NCBI RefSeq assembly: GCF_000143415.4
Contig: NW_003314317.1
Location: 124,001-188,000 of the forward strand
DNA: 64,000 nt
Reading direction: 5' to 3'
From: Selaginella moellendorffii
Taxonomy: Eukaryota; Plantae; Lycopodiophyta
Notes under the pieces: model-generated
What the model saw: only the letters and a program-made list of their open reading frames with translations
Told to the model about the DNA's origin: nothing
The model's database searches: none
Program-made: the position numbers and the translations under genes
Part shown: in pieces, positions 12,240 to 24,107 of the stretch
Layout: every line of letters starts with the position of its first letter
Position numbering within the stretch: position 1 is the first letter of the stretch

Positions 12240-13980
12240 CGACTAAATTTTCCATTCTACTTTAGTCACTTAACCACACCTCTGCCCACTTGGAGGAGTC
12301 TCATTCACAACCTCCATAAGTCCAATCTAGGACTTGGGACTTGCTAGCCCCGAGAATGGCATCCATGCCACTCAACATTTGCACTTGGTCCAAGTGCTCC
12401 ACATGTCCGATCCCATGACCGACACTCAAAGGTACCACCGACATAGCAGCCCGTTACGCTAAGGCCATGCCCAATCACCTTTGCCACACTGGTAGTCCAA
12501 TACCACTTGCATCACCGTCTTGGCTCTCCAAGACTAGGCAAACCATCCGTGAGTGGTCATCTCAGATCCACTCCTTAGCATCCTTAGGATGCCCACCGAC
12601 AAGGGGAATAGCCTTCCCCAATATCCCTCTATCAGTCCCCACTAAGTCCCTTTCTGCCCCTGGCCGTGTTTGCCAACACTGCCACTGGATCGAGACCCAC
12701 AGGCCCGACCACTAAGTCCCACGGTCCCCTGGGACTTCCTCACCACACGACTGTGTCCTTGGTCACTACCCCAGAGGACTGCTCCTCTTCCTTTCCACAG
12801 TCTGGGCCTTTGGGACAACATTTCGGAACACCGTGGCCTTACGCGAGCCACCTGGGTACTCTCCCCGCCTTTCGCCTTTAGGTGCTCTAGCCATGGGCTT
12901 AGAGCGAGGTTCCGTTGAGCCACGACAGGTATCCAAGTAGGTAGTGCCACCCACACTTGGACTGGGAGCATCGGCCAGTCGATCTCCCGGGGGAACTAGA
13001 GCCGGATCTTGAACACTTCACCAAGCTACCCCGCTTGTCGGTCCGTGTTCACTCTAGTCTTGGACTTCCCAGTGGGCAGCTCATCACCCAACACTGGGTC
13101 TGGCCTTCCTGGGCCAAACTGGCCTTTCCTGGCCAAACTGGCTCCACTGCAGTCCTCCCCCTACTATACTTTTGGAGCTCACCAAACCCCCCAGAGTCTG
13201 GGAGACGAACGCTTTGGGCTTTCACCCTCTCAGACTCGAACTCGGACTCGGACTCGGACTCGGACTCGGACTCGGACTCGGCCTCGGCCTCGGTATCGGT
13301 CCCGGTCCCGATCTCGGTCTCGGTCTCGGTCTTGGTCTCGGTCTCGGTCCCGGTCTTGGTCTCGACTTCGGACTCCATCTCGGGTCCATCTCGGACTCCA
13401 TCTCGGACTCCATCTCGGGTCCATCTCAGACTCCATCTCGGGTCCATCTCGGACTCCATCTCAGACTCCATTTCGGGTCCATCTCGGGTCCACCTCGGAC
13501 TCCATCTCGGACTCCATCTCGGACTCCATCTCGAACTCCATCTCGGACTCCATCTCGGACTCCATCTCGGGTCCATCTCGGACTCCATCTCGGACTCCAT
13601 TTCGGGTCCATCTCGGGTCCATCTCGGACTCCATCTCGGACTCCAACTCGGGTCCATTTCGGACTCCACTTCGGACTCCACTCGGGTCCATCTCGGACTC
13701 CACTTCGGACTCCAACTCGGGTCCATCTCGGACTCCACTTCGGACTCCAACTCGAGTCCATCTCGGACACTTCCACGTGTCATGTGTTGGTCCTTTTGGG
13801 TCCCTTTTTGGAGCCTCGCTTTTTGCTCGCTTCGTGCTCGTTCCTCGAGCACTTCGTTGGGAGTTCCACTCCCGCTCTTGACTTTTCAAGTCGGAGCTTT
13901 TGGTCCAAATGTGTTACGCTCGTTTGGCTCTCGCTTCGGCCACTACCACGTGGCGCCCTTCCGGCTCCACTTTGGGGCCT
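12240..13980 (+). repeat. Non-coding repeat family nested in the DNA transposon; boundaries approximate
   Basis: Decayed homologues lie outside the transposon at ~3200-4170 (same strand) and ~57320-57480 (opposite strand). Confidence 0.6.
13232..13770. repeat. Compound minisatellite (TCGGAC / GGACTCCATCTC / GGGTCCATCTC units)
   Basis: Directly visible 6-, 11- and 12-bp tandem units. Confidence 0.95.
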
Positions 13981-14080
13981 AGGGATTTTGTGTCTCACAC
14001 CTCGCTATATTTATACCATGCATGATTGGATATTCCAAAGCATCTTGTATTTCCAAAAATGCCAGATGTTCAGCTAAATA

Positions 14081-16008
14081 AAGAATGGTATACAATGTCC
14101 TTCTTGATGACCCTGCAAAGAAGCATCTCGATCGGACACCACATGAGACCACACGAGCCTTACAATGTTTCAGGGGCATTTGCCATAGATCCGACCGTTA
14201 TTTTGCTCCAAGATTCTACAGTTTGGTGTGCATTGACCTTTCCATCGACATTGCAAAGGGACATCACAATCAGATGCGGGATCACAAGAAACCAACTTCA
14301 CTAACTCTGGTTTCACCAAGATCTACGTAAGGAGTTATGAAATGAAAGGACCCTCTCTATTGAAATGTGTTTATGGTCCTAGGGGCATTGTGACATATCA
14401 AACGATTTTGCATCAAGTTCTGTATTTGCATGTTTATCAAGCTACTGAATTGCTAAACCCTAAACCCTCCCTAAATATGTGGCAAATGCTGCGTGAAGAA
14501 AGATGCCCTTTCTGGGCAAATGCTGTAAGAGGCAGATGCCAAGCAGTTACACGGTGAATAATCTTGGCGCGGATCGTTGACATGGCATGGCAAAGTTCGA
14601 ATCACTGATATGGCACAGCTGGATCGAGGCAAGGACATGATGTGACAAAGTTCAACGTCCGACAGCAAAGTCTAGAAGCTACTCAGTTTGAAATTTGTCA
14701 GAGGAATTATAAGATCTGGTTTGTCAGAGGATTTGATGTGACGTTCAAGCGTGTGGGCTCATGCAATTTTGATCCCAAAAAATGCACCAAAAAATGCTCG
14801 GCGTCATCTGGCGTTATCTCTTGAATGGCGTGGGGCCGCATGCCATTTTAAGGAGCACATAGGAGTATATTCCTAGAATATTCTGACACGCGCGAGATTT
14901 TTTTGAGTTTTCTGGAGATCCAACCGTTAGATCGCAACTAGATTTTACAGAATGGTATACAATGTCTTTCTTGATGACCCTGCAAAGAAGCATCTCGATC
15001 AGACACCATATAAGACCACACGAGCCTTACAATGTTTCAGAGGCATTTACCATAGATCTGACCGTTATTTTGCTCCAAGATTCTACAATTTGGTGTGCAT
15101 TGACCTTTCCATCGACACTGCAAAGGGACATCACAATCAGATGCGGGATCACAAGAAACCAACTTCACTAACTCTGGTTTCACCAAGATCTACGTAAGGA
15201 GTTATGAAATGAAAGGACCCTCTCTATTAAAATGTGTTTATGGTCCTAGGGGCATTGTAACATATCAAAGGATTTTGCATCAAGTTCTGTATTTGCATGT
15301 TTATCAAGCTACTGAATTGCTAAACCCTAAACCCTAAACATGTGGCAAATGCTGCGTGAAGAAAGATGCCCTTTCTGGGCAAATGCTGTAAGAGGCAGAT
15401 GTCGAGCAGATGTATCTCAGGCTAGCGAAGGGGACAAACGAAAGCTAGCTATAAACATGACGGGATGCAAATAGATTACTAGGCTGGTCCTGCAAAAATC
15501 AAAAACCATAATTGAAAACATTGAAAATGCAAAAAGAAAGGTTTATAATATTTTTGAATTTTAAGCAACCAAAGGAATGTAAGTAGGGCATGTGTTTGTA
15601 AGTTTAAAAATGCCTCAACCACTTAAATTCCCAAGTAAATAAAGTTGTTTCTATTTTTGGTACAGGTAAACTTTATGTGGGCTCATGCAATTTTGAACCC
15701 AAAAATGCACCAAAAAATGCTCGACTAGCATTATTCTTTGAATGGCGTGTGGCCTTATATTGCCGTAAATGGACGTACACACACAGCATAATTATTCCTT
15801 TATATGGCGAATAATCTTGGCGCGGATCGCTGACATGGCATGGCAAAGTTCGAATCACTGACATGGCACAGCTGGATCGAGGCAAGGACATGATGTGACA
15901 AAGTTCAACGTCTGACAGCAAAGTCTAGAAGCTACTCAGTTTGAAATTTGTCAAAGGAATCATAAGATCTGGTTTGTCAAAGGATTTGATGTGACGTTCA
16001 AGCGTGTG
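14081..16008 (+). repeat. Internal duplicated blocks of the transposon
   Basis: ~14083-14548 = ~14950-15410; ~14553-14757 = ~15806-16008; ~14752-14835 = ~15676-15753. Confidence 0.9.
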
Positions 16009-16129
16009 TTATTTTTGAATTCTCAAACTCATTCCTAGGTCTATCATTTTTGTGCGCCGTGTTCTTGGTTCCGCTGAGCGCAGTAAGCGCTGCTTGTGTA
16101 AGCGGCGTTGTGAGCTGTGGTTTATGCGT

Positions 16130-16255
16130 CTACGAGCGGTTGCGGCATTGCGAGCGGCAGTTTATGCGAGTGGCAGTTTGTGCGAGCGGCGCTACGAGCA
16201 GTTGCGGTGTTGCGAGCGGCGCTACGAGTAATTGCGGTGTTGCGAGCGGCACTGT
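16130..16255. repeat. 27-bp CpG-rich tandem repeat
   Basis: TGCGAGCGGCGCTACGAGYARTTGCGGTGT-type units. Confidence 0.8.
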
Positions 16256-16616
16256 CTTTGGTGTGGCTACCGCTTCCTCTTGATATTCGGCACTTGTGCT
16301 TCCTGGTATGTTCACCATGGAATGGCTTAGGACCACATTTAGAAATGGCATGAGGCCACATGCCATCTTAGGCCCTTGCAATTTCATGGCTAGCATATTG
16401 TCATGTATGTTTTTACTTGCCTGCAGCTGTGTGTTTATCAAGATGGCATGAGGCCTCATGCCAATTTTGTGAATGTGAAATTTCACGTGGGTGTCAATAG
16501 CATGTTTGAATAATGGCATGTGGCCTCATGCTATTGAGGTTGTTTGGTATGTTATGATTTAGGCCATTCTCCAATCATTTTTTGTATGGTTTTAACTTCT
16601 TTTCTGCACTTTCAGA

Positions 16617-18215
16617 ATGGCCTCCGCAAGTGCGACGCATGTTCCCTCCGTAGATCTTAAGAACCATGCTACATGGATTCAGGCAAAGGTGTTTCTAAAC
16701 AACCCCGAGGGGGAGGTGGTAGCTGAGGGCTTAGCCACAGTTGTTGATCCAAGAGATGCGGTTGCTAATCAAGAATTGGGCTGGGATGATATTGGAGTTG
16801 CGATTTTAGAGGTTGTTGACACAGAAGAAAACAGTCTGACTATTGGAAGCATTGTGCGGTGGAAATTGAGGCACTTAGTGTTTGAGAATGTGAAGGATTC
16901 ACAATCAAACACCACTACAACTGATGACAGAACATCTCTTCATGGGAAAAGAAAGTACACCTTCCTAAAGCGCAGCCAAAGGGATCTGAGCAACGAACCG
17001 AAAAGGCAGAAAATGGCGATGGAGGTTCGAATGGTCTCGACAGTTGCTTGTTACAAGAGGAGGTGCTGTCAACATGCTGATTGGGATGCTATTGAAGAGG
17101 AGAGAGCAAGATACAAGACATTGTCCTGGAAGGCAGCTCGCAATTTTGTGTATGAGGCATTACGGTCATCTGTTGATGCTTCAGAACATCAGGTGGGGGG
17201 CATGGTCTTCCAGAGGGGTTTGGTCTACATGAAGGCATGGAGAATCATTTATGGAGTCCCTCGAACCACATTCTACAGAATCAAAACTGAGTTCGAGGAA
17301 CAAAGGGTTCAACAAGCAGTCCATGGGAACGACGGTACTCACAAAACCAGGGGTCATGTTGTATATGGAGAGGCAATCTTCAAGAGGTTTGTCGAGACAT
17401 GTAGCGAGCAGCAACCACATAAAACCCGCCTCTTGGAAGATGGAACTCGAGACACCCAACGAGTTCTCCCTTCCATGTATACCAAGGGGGCTATATTGGA
17501 AGATGTGAATCGGGAACTCTAGAGTAATGGCTACAGGAAGCTGAGCCAATCTAGATTTAGTAGATTGTGGAGCAACAGGTTTAGGGATGTGAGTATAGGA
17601 AAGTACTCCAGCTTTTCAAAGTGTGACGAGTGCACTGCTATCAAAATGGCTTTGTCGAAGAATTATTGCATCGCTCAAGAGCGAGAGACGTTGGTTAGAA
17701 GGCGGCTCAACCACAACATCGAGCAGAGAAGCTGCAGGACTGCATATTATCATAACAAGATTCTCTCCATGGAGAGACCTGACTCTTACCTCTACATCAT
17801 CTACGACAAAATGGACCAGAAAAAGACGTGCTTACCTCGACTCAATCCTGCCCCCAAGGCAATCTCTTCATCCATGCAGCTGCCTGTGTCTCTGTTTGGC
17901 ATAATCACTCATGGGCATGGTGCCCAGAACTATGGGAACTTCTTTGTACCTCTATGGGGTGGCGGGGGTGCAAACATGATGATTGCGTCCCTAGCAAAAC
18001 ACTTAAGGTCTCTGCAAAGTGCGCAGACTGAGTTGAACGGCCAACCCTTGTATAAGGCCCTTGTCGATCGAACCCCATACAGGGTTCAGCTGGAGGAGGA
18101 GCAAAGGCTTGCAGTATCGTGTGGGGCCCCATGCCATCCCAGTGAATATGTTGGCCGTCAGATTGTAGGGTTAGGAATGACGTTCATCTTGGAAAGCTCA
18201 CCACACGCTCAATGA
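16617..18215 (+). pseudogene. Sola-like DDE/D transposase, premature stop at 17520 and apparently lacking the C-terminal catalytic half
   Basis: One frame through the TAG (REL*SNGYRKLSQSRFSRLWSN); CxxRCC, LVxxKAWRIIYGV, HGNDG, FSKCDEC, IIYDKMDQKKTCLP, GIITHGHG, GANMMI; no LQxDN..ENKN or GHTH motifs seen. Confidence 0.7.
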
Positions 18216-18447
18216 ACAAACAAATAGTGTGTGCGCACATGCCATCGCTCTTCTTTAGCTTCAGATTCGGCTTGTTCACCTTGACAATGAGATTTATTAT
18301 ACAACCAGATGGACTCAGTTTGGACACAAAGTCACCGCGCTAGTCACCATGCCCCAGATATGTCTAGCCCCTGGACAAAAAACATATAATTTCACGTCAT
18401 TTTCAAATACTTGAAAATTTGTACCTAGTCCCATTTTACTGAATAAA

Positions 18448-18471
18448 TCCCACTTTAACGAAATAGAGCTT
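18448..18471 (-). repeat. Right TIR
   Basis: TCCCACTTTAACGAAATAGAGCTT. Confidence 0.95.
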
Positions 18472-20902
18472 GGAGGAGCATGACGAACATGTACGCAAGG
18501 TGCTAGCGAAGCTGCGAGAACACGGCCTATATGCGAAGCTTGAGAAATGTTCCTTTGATCAGCAGTCTGTGGAGTTCCTTGGGTACTTTGTCACTCCTGA
18601 GGATATCACGATAGATCCTGCCAAAGTCAAGACTATTTTCGAATGGGAGCCTCCACAATCAATGTCGGACGTTCAAGTTTTCCTTGGCTTCGCCAACTTC
18701 TACCGCAAATTCATTGATCACTACTCTGACATTGTCCTTCCTCTCACACATCTCACTCACAAGGATGTTCCCTTCTCTTGGTCTGCTGCTGCCCAGCAGG
18801 CCTTCGACACACTCAAGGCGGCTTTCAGTTCTGCTCCTGTCTTGATCCATGCTGATTCCTCACAACCTTTCTTCATCGAGGCTGACGCCTCCGACTTTGC
18901 CATTGGTGCTGTGCTGTCTCAACTCGGAGCGGATCACAAACTTCATCCGGTCGCTTTCCATTCTCGGAAATTCCAGCTTGCGGAGATCAATTACGAAATC
19001 CACGACAAGGAGCTCCTTGCCATCGTGGATTCCTTTGGAGAGTGGCGTCGTTTCTTGGAGGGGGCAAGCCATCAAACAACAGTCTGGACGGATCACAAAA
19101 ATCTCGAGTACTTTGCCACTTCCCGAGTTTTAAGCCGTCGTCAAGCAAGGTGGGCACAATTCCTGAGTCGGTTTGACTTTGTTATCAAGTACAGACCTGG
19201 AAAGTTTCAAGGCCTTCCTGATGCTCTTTCAAGGCGCTCCTATCTCAATCTCAGGCCTGGTAATCCTGCCTTCGATCAACAGGATCAAGTTATCCTCGGT
19301 CCTGATCGGCTTCAAGTTATGGCAATTTCCCTAGCCCCTCAGGACTCCTCCTTGATGGATGCAATCAAAAATGATCTTCAATCTGATGATCTCGCTAGCG
19401 ACATCTTCCCCCATCTTCAGGCTGGACACCCAGTGACTCCCAACTGCCGGCGATTTGACGAGTTCGAGTTCTTAGATGGCTTATTGTACTGTGGGGAACA
19501 GCTTTACATTCCTGAAGGTGATGCTCAAAGGTTGGTCCTGATGGCGTGCCATGATAGCCCGACTGCTGGTCACTTCGGCATTGCGAAAACCTATGAGCTA
19601 GTTGCACGGGACTTTTGGTGGCCTCACATGGACGACTACATCAAAGCTTTTGTTACCTCCTGTGACACTTGTGCCCGGAATAAGGTACCTCGCCACCTTC
19701 CTTCAGGTTTGCTTCGTTCCCTTCCGGTCCCTTCAGGTCCTTAGGAATCCATCTCCATGGATTTCTTGAGTGATCTTCCGAGTTTTGGAGGCTTCAACAG
19801 CATTTTAGTCGTGGTGGATCGCTTCACAAAGATGGCGCACTTCTTGCCATGTACCAAGGAGTTTTTGGGCGAGGACATGGCAAAACTGGTATTCAGGGAA
19901 ATTTTCCGACTTCATGGGATTCCTACAGATGTGGTTTCGGATCGGGGGCCTCAGTTCATCTCTCATTTCTGGCAACGGTTTTTGCAGCTGCTTGGAGTGA
20001 AGGCCAACCTCTCTTCGGCATATCATCCTCAAACTGATGGGCAGTCCGAACGAACGATTCAGACATTGGAACAATTCTTGAGGTGCTTCATCAACTACCA
20101 TCAGGATAACTGGTTCGATATCCTTCCCCTTGCTGAGTTCTCCTATAACAACTCTGTTCACTCCTCTTTTCGAGTTTCCCCCTTCTTTGCGAACTCTGGC
20201 CGAAATCCCCGATTCAATCTCTCACTTCCTTCTCCATCTGAATCCCCTCGTTCAAATCCCTGCTCTGAGGCATTTATCTCCAACCTCTAGGAAATCCACA
20301 ACTCCATCTCCTTCCACCTCCATCGTGCTCAGGAATCTCATAAAACATTTGCCAATGTCCATCGTCAGGATTGTCCCCCTTACAATATCAGGGATAAAGT
20401 TTGGCTCCTTAGGCGAAATATCTCCACCACCAGGCCCTGTCCAAAACTTGATTTCAAACGCCTTGGTCCTTTCCCTATCACTGCCATCATTAATCCTGTG
20501 ACTTATCGCCTTTCACTTCCCTCCTCATATCAAATTCACCCCGTTTTTCACTCCTCTCTCCTTGAGCCTTATATTCCCAGTCCTATTCCAAATCGGGTCA
20601 TTCCTCCGCCTCCACTAGTGCAGCTCGAGGATGGGTCTGAGTACGAGGTTCAGGACATCCTTGATTCCAAGATTTCACGGTCTAAACTCTACTATCTGGT
20701 GGACTGGAAGGGTTACGGACCTGAGGAACGCACTTGGGAACCTGTGGACAACCTGATTCATTCTCCTGACCTTGTTCAGGACTTCCACCGCCGCTATCCT
20801 TCTCGTCCCAGTCCTCATTCTTTTTCTCCATCTCCCATCCCTCGCCACTCATCTCATCCTCCTCTTTGTTCTCGTTCACATCCTCGTTCCACTCGTTCTT
20901 GA
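18472..20902 (+). pseudogene. pol: pol 3' part: RT C-terminus, RNase H, integrase, chromodomain (in-frame stops at 19742 and 20288)
   Basis: EADASDFAIGAVL, DKELLAI, TDHKNL, HDSPTAGHFG..CDTC, VVVDRFTK, SDRGPQF, DGQSER, EYEVQDILDS...YLVDWKGYGPEERTWEP. Confidence 0.95.
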
Positions 20903-20913
20903 GGAGGGGGTGC
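20901..20913 (+). promoter_or_regulatory. Polypurine tract
   Basis: GAGGAGGGGG immediately before the 3' LTR. Confidence 0.85.
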
Positions 20914-21274
20914 TGTCAGGAATCCCCCAATTCTTGCCACATTCCTAACTCTCGCCGGATTCCTGACCTGCAGACCACATTCCTGACTCTCGAGACACTT
21001 CCCTATTCCTGACTCTCGAGACACTTCCCGATTCCTGAGTCTCGAGCCACATTCCTAATGATGATGTGGCGCCTCCTCGACCTCAGCTATATTTAGGCCG
21101 TCCTCGATCCAAGAGTGGTGGAGCTTCATCAACCTATAGTATATATAGGTTAGCCTTGTTTCATTTCTCCACAATCTGAATCAACACCAGTCTAAGGCCT
21201 CTTCTTTGTTTCCACTAGCTTTTCTCTTTGTCTTTTTGCATTTTCCAGTCTTGATCTTGTTAGGGGTCTTGACA
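20914..21274 (+). repeat. 3' LTR (361 bp; carries a 26-bp tandem duplication relative to the 5' LTR)
   Basis: Near-identical to 5680-6014. Confidence 0.95.
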
Positions 21275-21760
21275 GAAGCTATACAGGTCTTTCTATTGGC
21301 CAGAGATACAATGTGATGTTATTCAATATGTGCATAGTTGCATTTAGTGTCAATCTTGTAATACTACCCGTCATGCTGCAAAAGGACAATTAGAGTGAAT
21401 TGCAATTTCCTGTTTATTTGAGTTTTAGGATCAGTATTTGATGAGTATTTTTCCACTAATCCAAGCAGAGTTTGCCAAACATTTGGGCCACATAAGTGGG
21501 ACAAAAGTGGCATTATAACTCCCATTATCGTCCACATATGGAGTATAAAGTGGATGACTTAGTGTTAGATCGTTTTCCCAATCTTACAATATATGATTTG
21601 TCTAAGGGGTTTCTTGCTCAATAAAAAGGATTATATTGAATGTTGTGGCAAGTTGAACTCCAAGTTTATGAGATTTGGTATGATATCTAACAGGTTAATC
21701 CTCCAAAAATTGTGTATATACAACAGTTGAAACGCTTCATATAAAAGGACTAGGAACAAT
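21275..21760 (+). mobile_element. Old decayed Gypsy remnant, right part (integrase)
   Basis: FYWPEIQCDVIQYVHSCI*CQSC continues the HHCC Zn domain begun before 5680. Confidence 0.7.
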
Positions 21761-24107
21761 TGGCACCACCTACAGATCCATTGATGCTTCCTCCTAATGT
21801 TCATCCGGATCCTCTTCTGACTGATAGATTTGAGCTAACTCCATGAGCATGGATGGACGGAGCGGCAATGATGCCACAAACTCAATGAGGAAGTGCTCAA
21901 TCCAACCTAGTGACAGCACCTGGTTTCACAACACAGGAACCCACTCTACAGGCTGGTTGAGGCCATAGGCTTTTGTACTATCAATGCTTCCTGGAACCGA
22001 TGTCATTATCTGTTAGGCTTTTGTTTAAACCAACAAGCCCAAAACCTAAGAAAATCAGGGAGAGAGACAGCTAGGGTTTTTATTGAGCTATACAATTTCT
22101 TGATCAAAACATCTTCTACAAATTAGATTACTAGGCAAAATGGAACGTTAACTCCTTCAGCAGATCCTATGTTTCTTTTGCATACGAACAATTTCCAGCT
22201 GCAGAGGTGTCGTCTTTGGAAGAAAAATGATCACCTGTTGGTTGTCGTACTCCCAAAAGGACTGCTTAGTATCAACAGAGGAGAATTAAAACACAATGCT
22301 GAGGCAGCACTCATCCTCCACAAGCTCCTCGTTGCTGTAAATCTTCACCATGTCCAAACATGTCTTTTGCAGGTCACATTTCATAGGGCTAGATACAATG
22401 TAGATTCTCCCTGCAGCAACCACAATATCAGTCAGCATGCATCATCAAGAGGCCACGCACCACACTAACCTACAAATCTCAGTAGTTTGAGACAGATGAC
22501 ATATTTGTCTTCCAAGCAGCACCTAAAGTTTTTATATACTGCTAACTCATTGTTATGGACTTCAAGAACCCATCAAGGAAGCCGGGATACTAGAAGGGCA
22601 TAACAGAATAAAAGAGACATGCTTGCAAGTGAGTGTTTGTGTATTTTGCTAGATGTGAACTCCAAACTGACACGAGCCCATCCACTAGAGAACCCTAACT
22701 ATTTTTCATCATTATAAGAGGAAAGGATGATGTGAGGTCCAAGTGTACGGTTATGATGTTGTATACTAATATTACCATAGTGGGATTTTGATAGCCGTCA
22801 GATTGATTTCAACCCAGACCACTCACTTCTATATAAGCTAGGGTTTTTGGGTTTGTATTCTATTTCTATAAAATAAATTAAAAATATAGATCATATAAAT
22901 TATTAAATAAAATAAAATAAAAATTATGGTAAACCAATCAAGTGAAAGCTAAATCATTCATTTTTATTAGTAGTGATTTTTTTTCTTAACAACCATACAC
23001 TACCATTTGATTTCCTAAGATTGGATGGTTAAGAGTTTTTTACAAAGAAAAATTAATGATCAAGGCCTAAGTGAGTTACATACCTAGCATAATGTTTAGG
23101 ATTTCAAGGCATCACTTTCCATTGTTCACTACCTAGGTTTGTAGTTTTTCTTATTAGCTGATGGAAGTTCATATCTATCTATTATAGGAAGCAAATGGCA
23201 TTAGCCATTCTCATGTCTATTCTAAATGGGCTGCTTAAGATAAACTTTAACCTCTACAAAATCTTATCCTTCTTGTCTCATATAAGTATTCCTAGAGCTC
23301 AAACTTTACTAGCAATTTTGATATAGCAAGGTCTCAAGACAAGAAGGCATTATATTGTGTATATTCTTCTATGAGCAAAATACAAGTAGTGGAACAAGGA
23401 TACAACATTTTGATAATTGTCTTTTTAAGGTAAGCACTTTGGTTTCTTCTTAAATCTCCATGACATATGTGTTTATCTTATTTTGCCCTCCACTTTATTG
23501 CAAAGTGCCTTGTTCAATAAAGATGCTTATTTAGTGAGTGTTTAATGTTAACTTTTTTTCCTTCCTCTAAGCTTCATTTTAAAAGTTTAAGTCAAAAGCC
23601 TTTAATGAACTCATTGTTAGTTTATATAAGCCACAAATTTTCTTTTTCCAATTTGCCAACTTACCTCATTTATCCAACCACCTTTGCCTTAGCTTTAGCT
23701 AAATTCTTTGCCAAAGTTCTCACCTATTGCACTAATTCTAACTTGGTCCTACTTAAGTTCATCTATTTACTACACAAGCAATGAGGTGTTAGCTAACTCT
23801 TCATGGATTCTCAAACTCTTTCATAATTCCCCTCCCCGAGTTAGATTAGATTTAAAGTTTGGCTATACTCTCTATAAGCACAAGCAACTAAACATACTAA
23901 ACCTCTAGGTTCCTAACATTCTATGGTATGCAAAATTTGTTCACATGACCCTGTAAAATTTTAATCTCTTTTGGTGATTGTTGATGAATAAAAACCTTGA
24001 TTGGACAAACATCCCGATTGAAATAAAATGACGTGTTGCAATCTTGACCCTAGATGACAAGTTACATTAACATTAAAAAAGATTAACATACTCCTTCATG
24101 AGCCAGT

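Larger units (their letters stand above)
8374..18471 (+). mobile_element. 10.1-kb TIR DNA transposon (Sola-like) with divergent cargo gene
   Basis: Perfect 24-bp TIRs AAGCTCTATTTCGTTAAAGTGGGA; 4-bp TSD GGAG at 8370-8373 and 18472-18475; removal restores RT frame SKTQ-EEHDEHV. Confidence 0.93.
5680..21274 (+). mobile_element. Full-length chromodomain Ty3/Gypsy (Tf1/Tcn1-like chromovirus), interrupted by a DNA transposon
   Basis: Paired TG..CA LTRs; TSD AAAGC (5675-5679) / GAAGC (21275-21279); gag-PR-RT-RH-INT-chromodomain order; PPT present. Confidence 0.95.

Noticed and set aside
13232-13770. Possible CRISPR-like array
   Set aside because: No unique spacers; simple tandem units; eukaryotic context
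13960-13985. Helitron-like 3' end (hairpin plus CTAG)
   Set aside because: The hairpin abuts CTAG, the next base is G rather than T, and no TC 5' end was identified
12957-14077. Long ORFs in all six frames (DSISDS, SRTP, LGLH, WSPR repeats)
   Set aside because: Artefacts of the stop-free minisatellite
18258-18412. LVHLDNE as the second catalytic Asp of the transposase
   Set aside because: Not followed by ENKN or GHTH motifs; exon status uncertain
21760-24000. Possible gene or Copia fragments
   Set aside because: Too decayed to assign confidently
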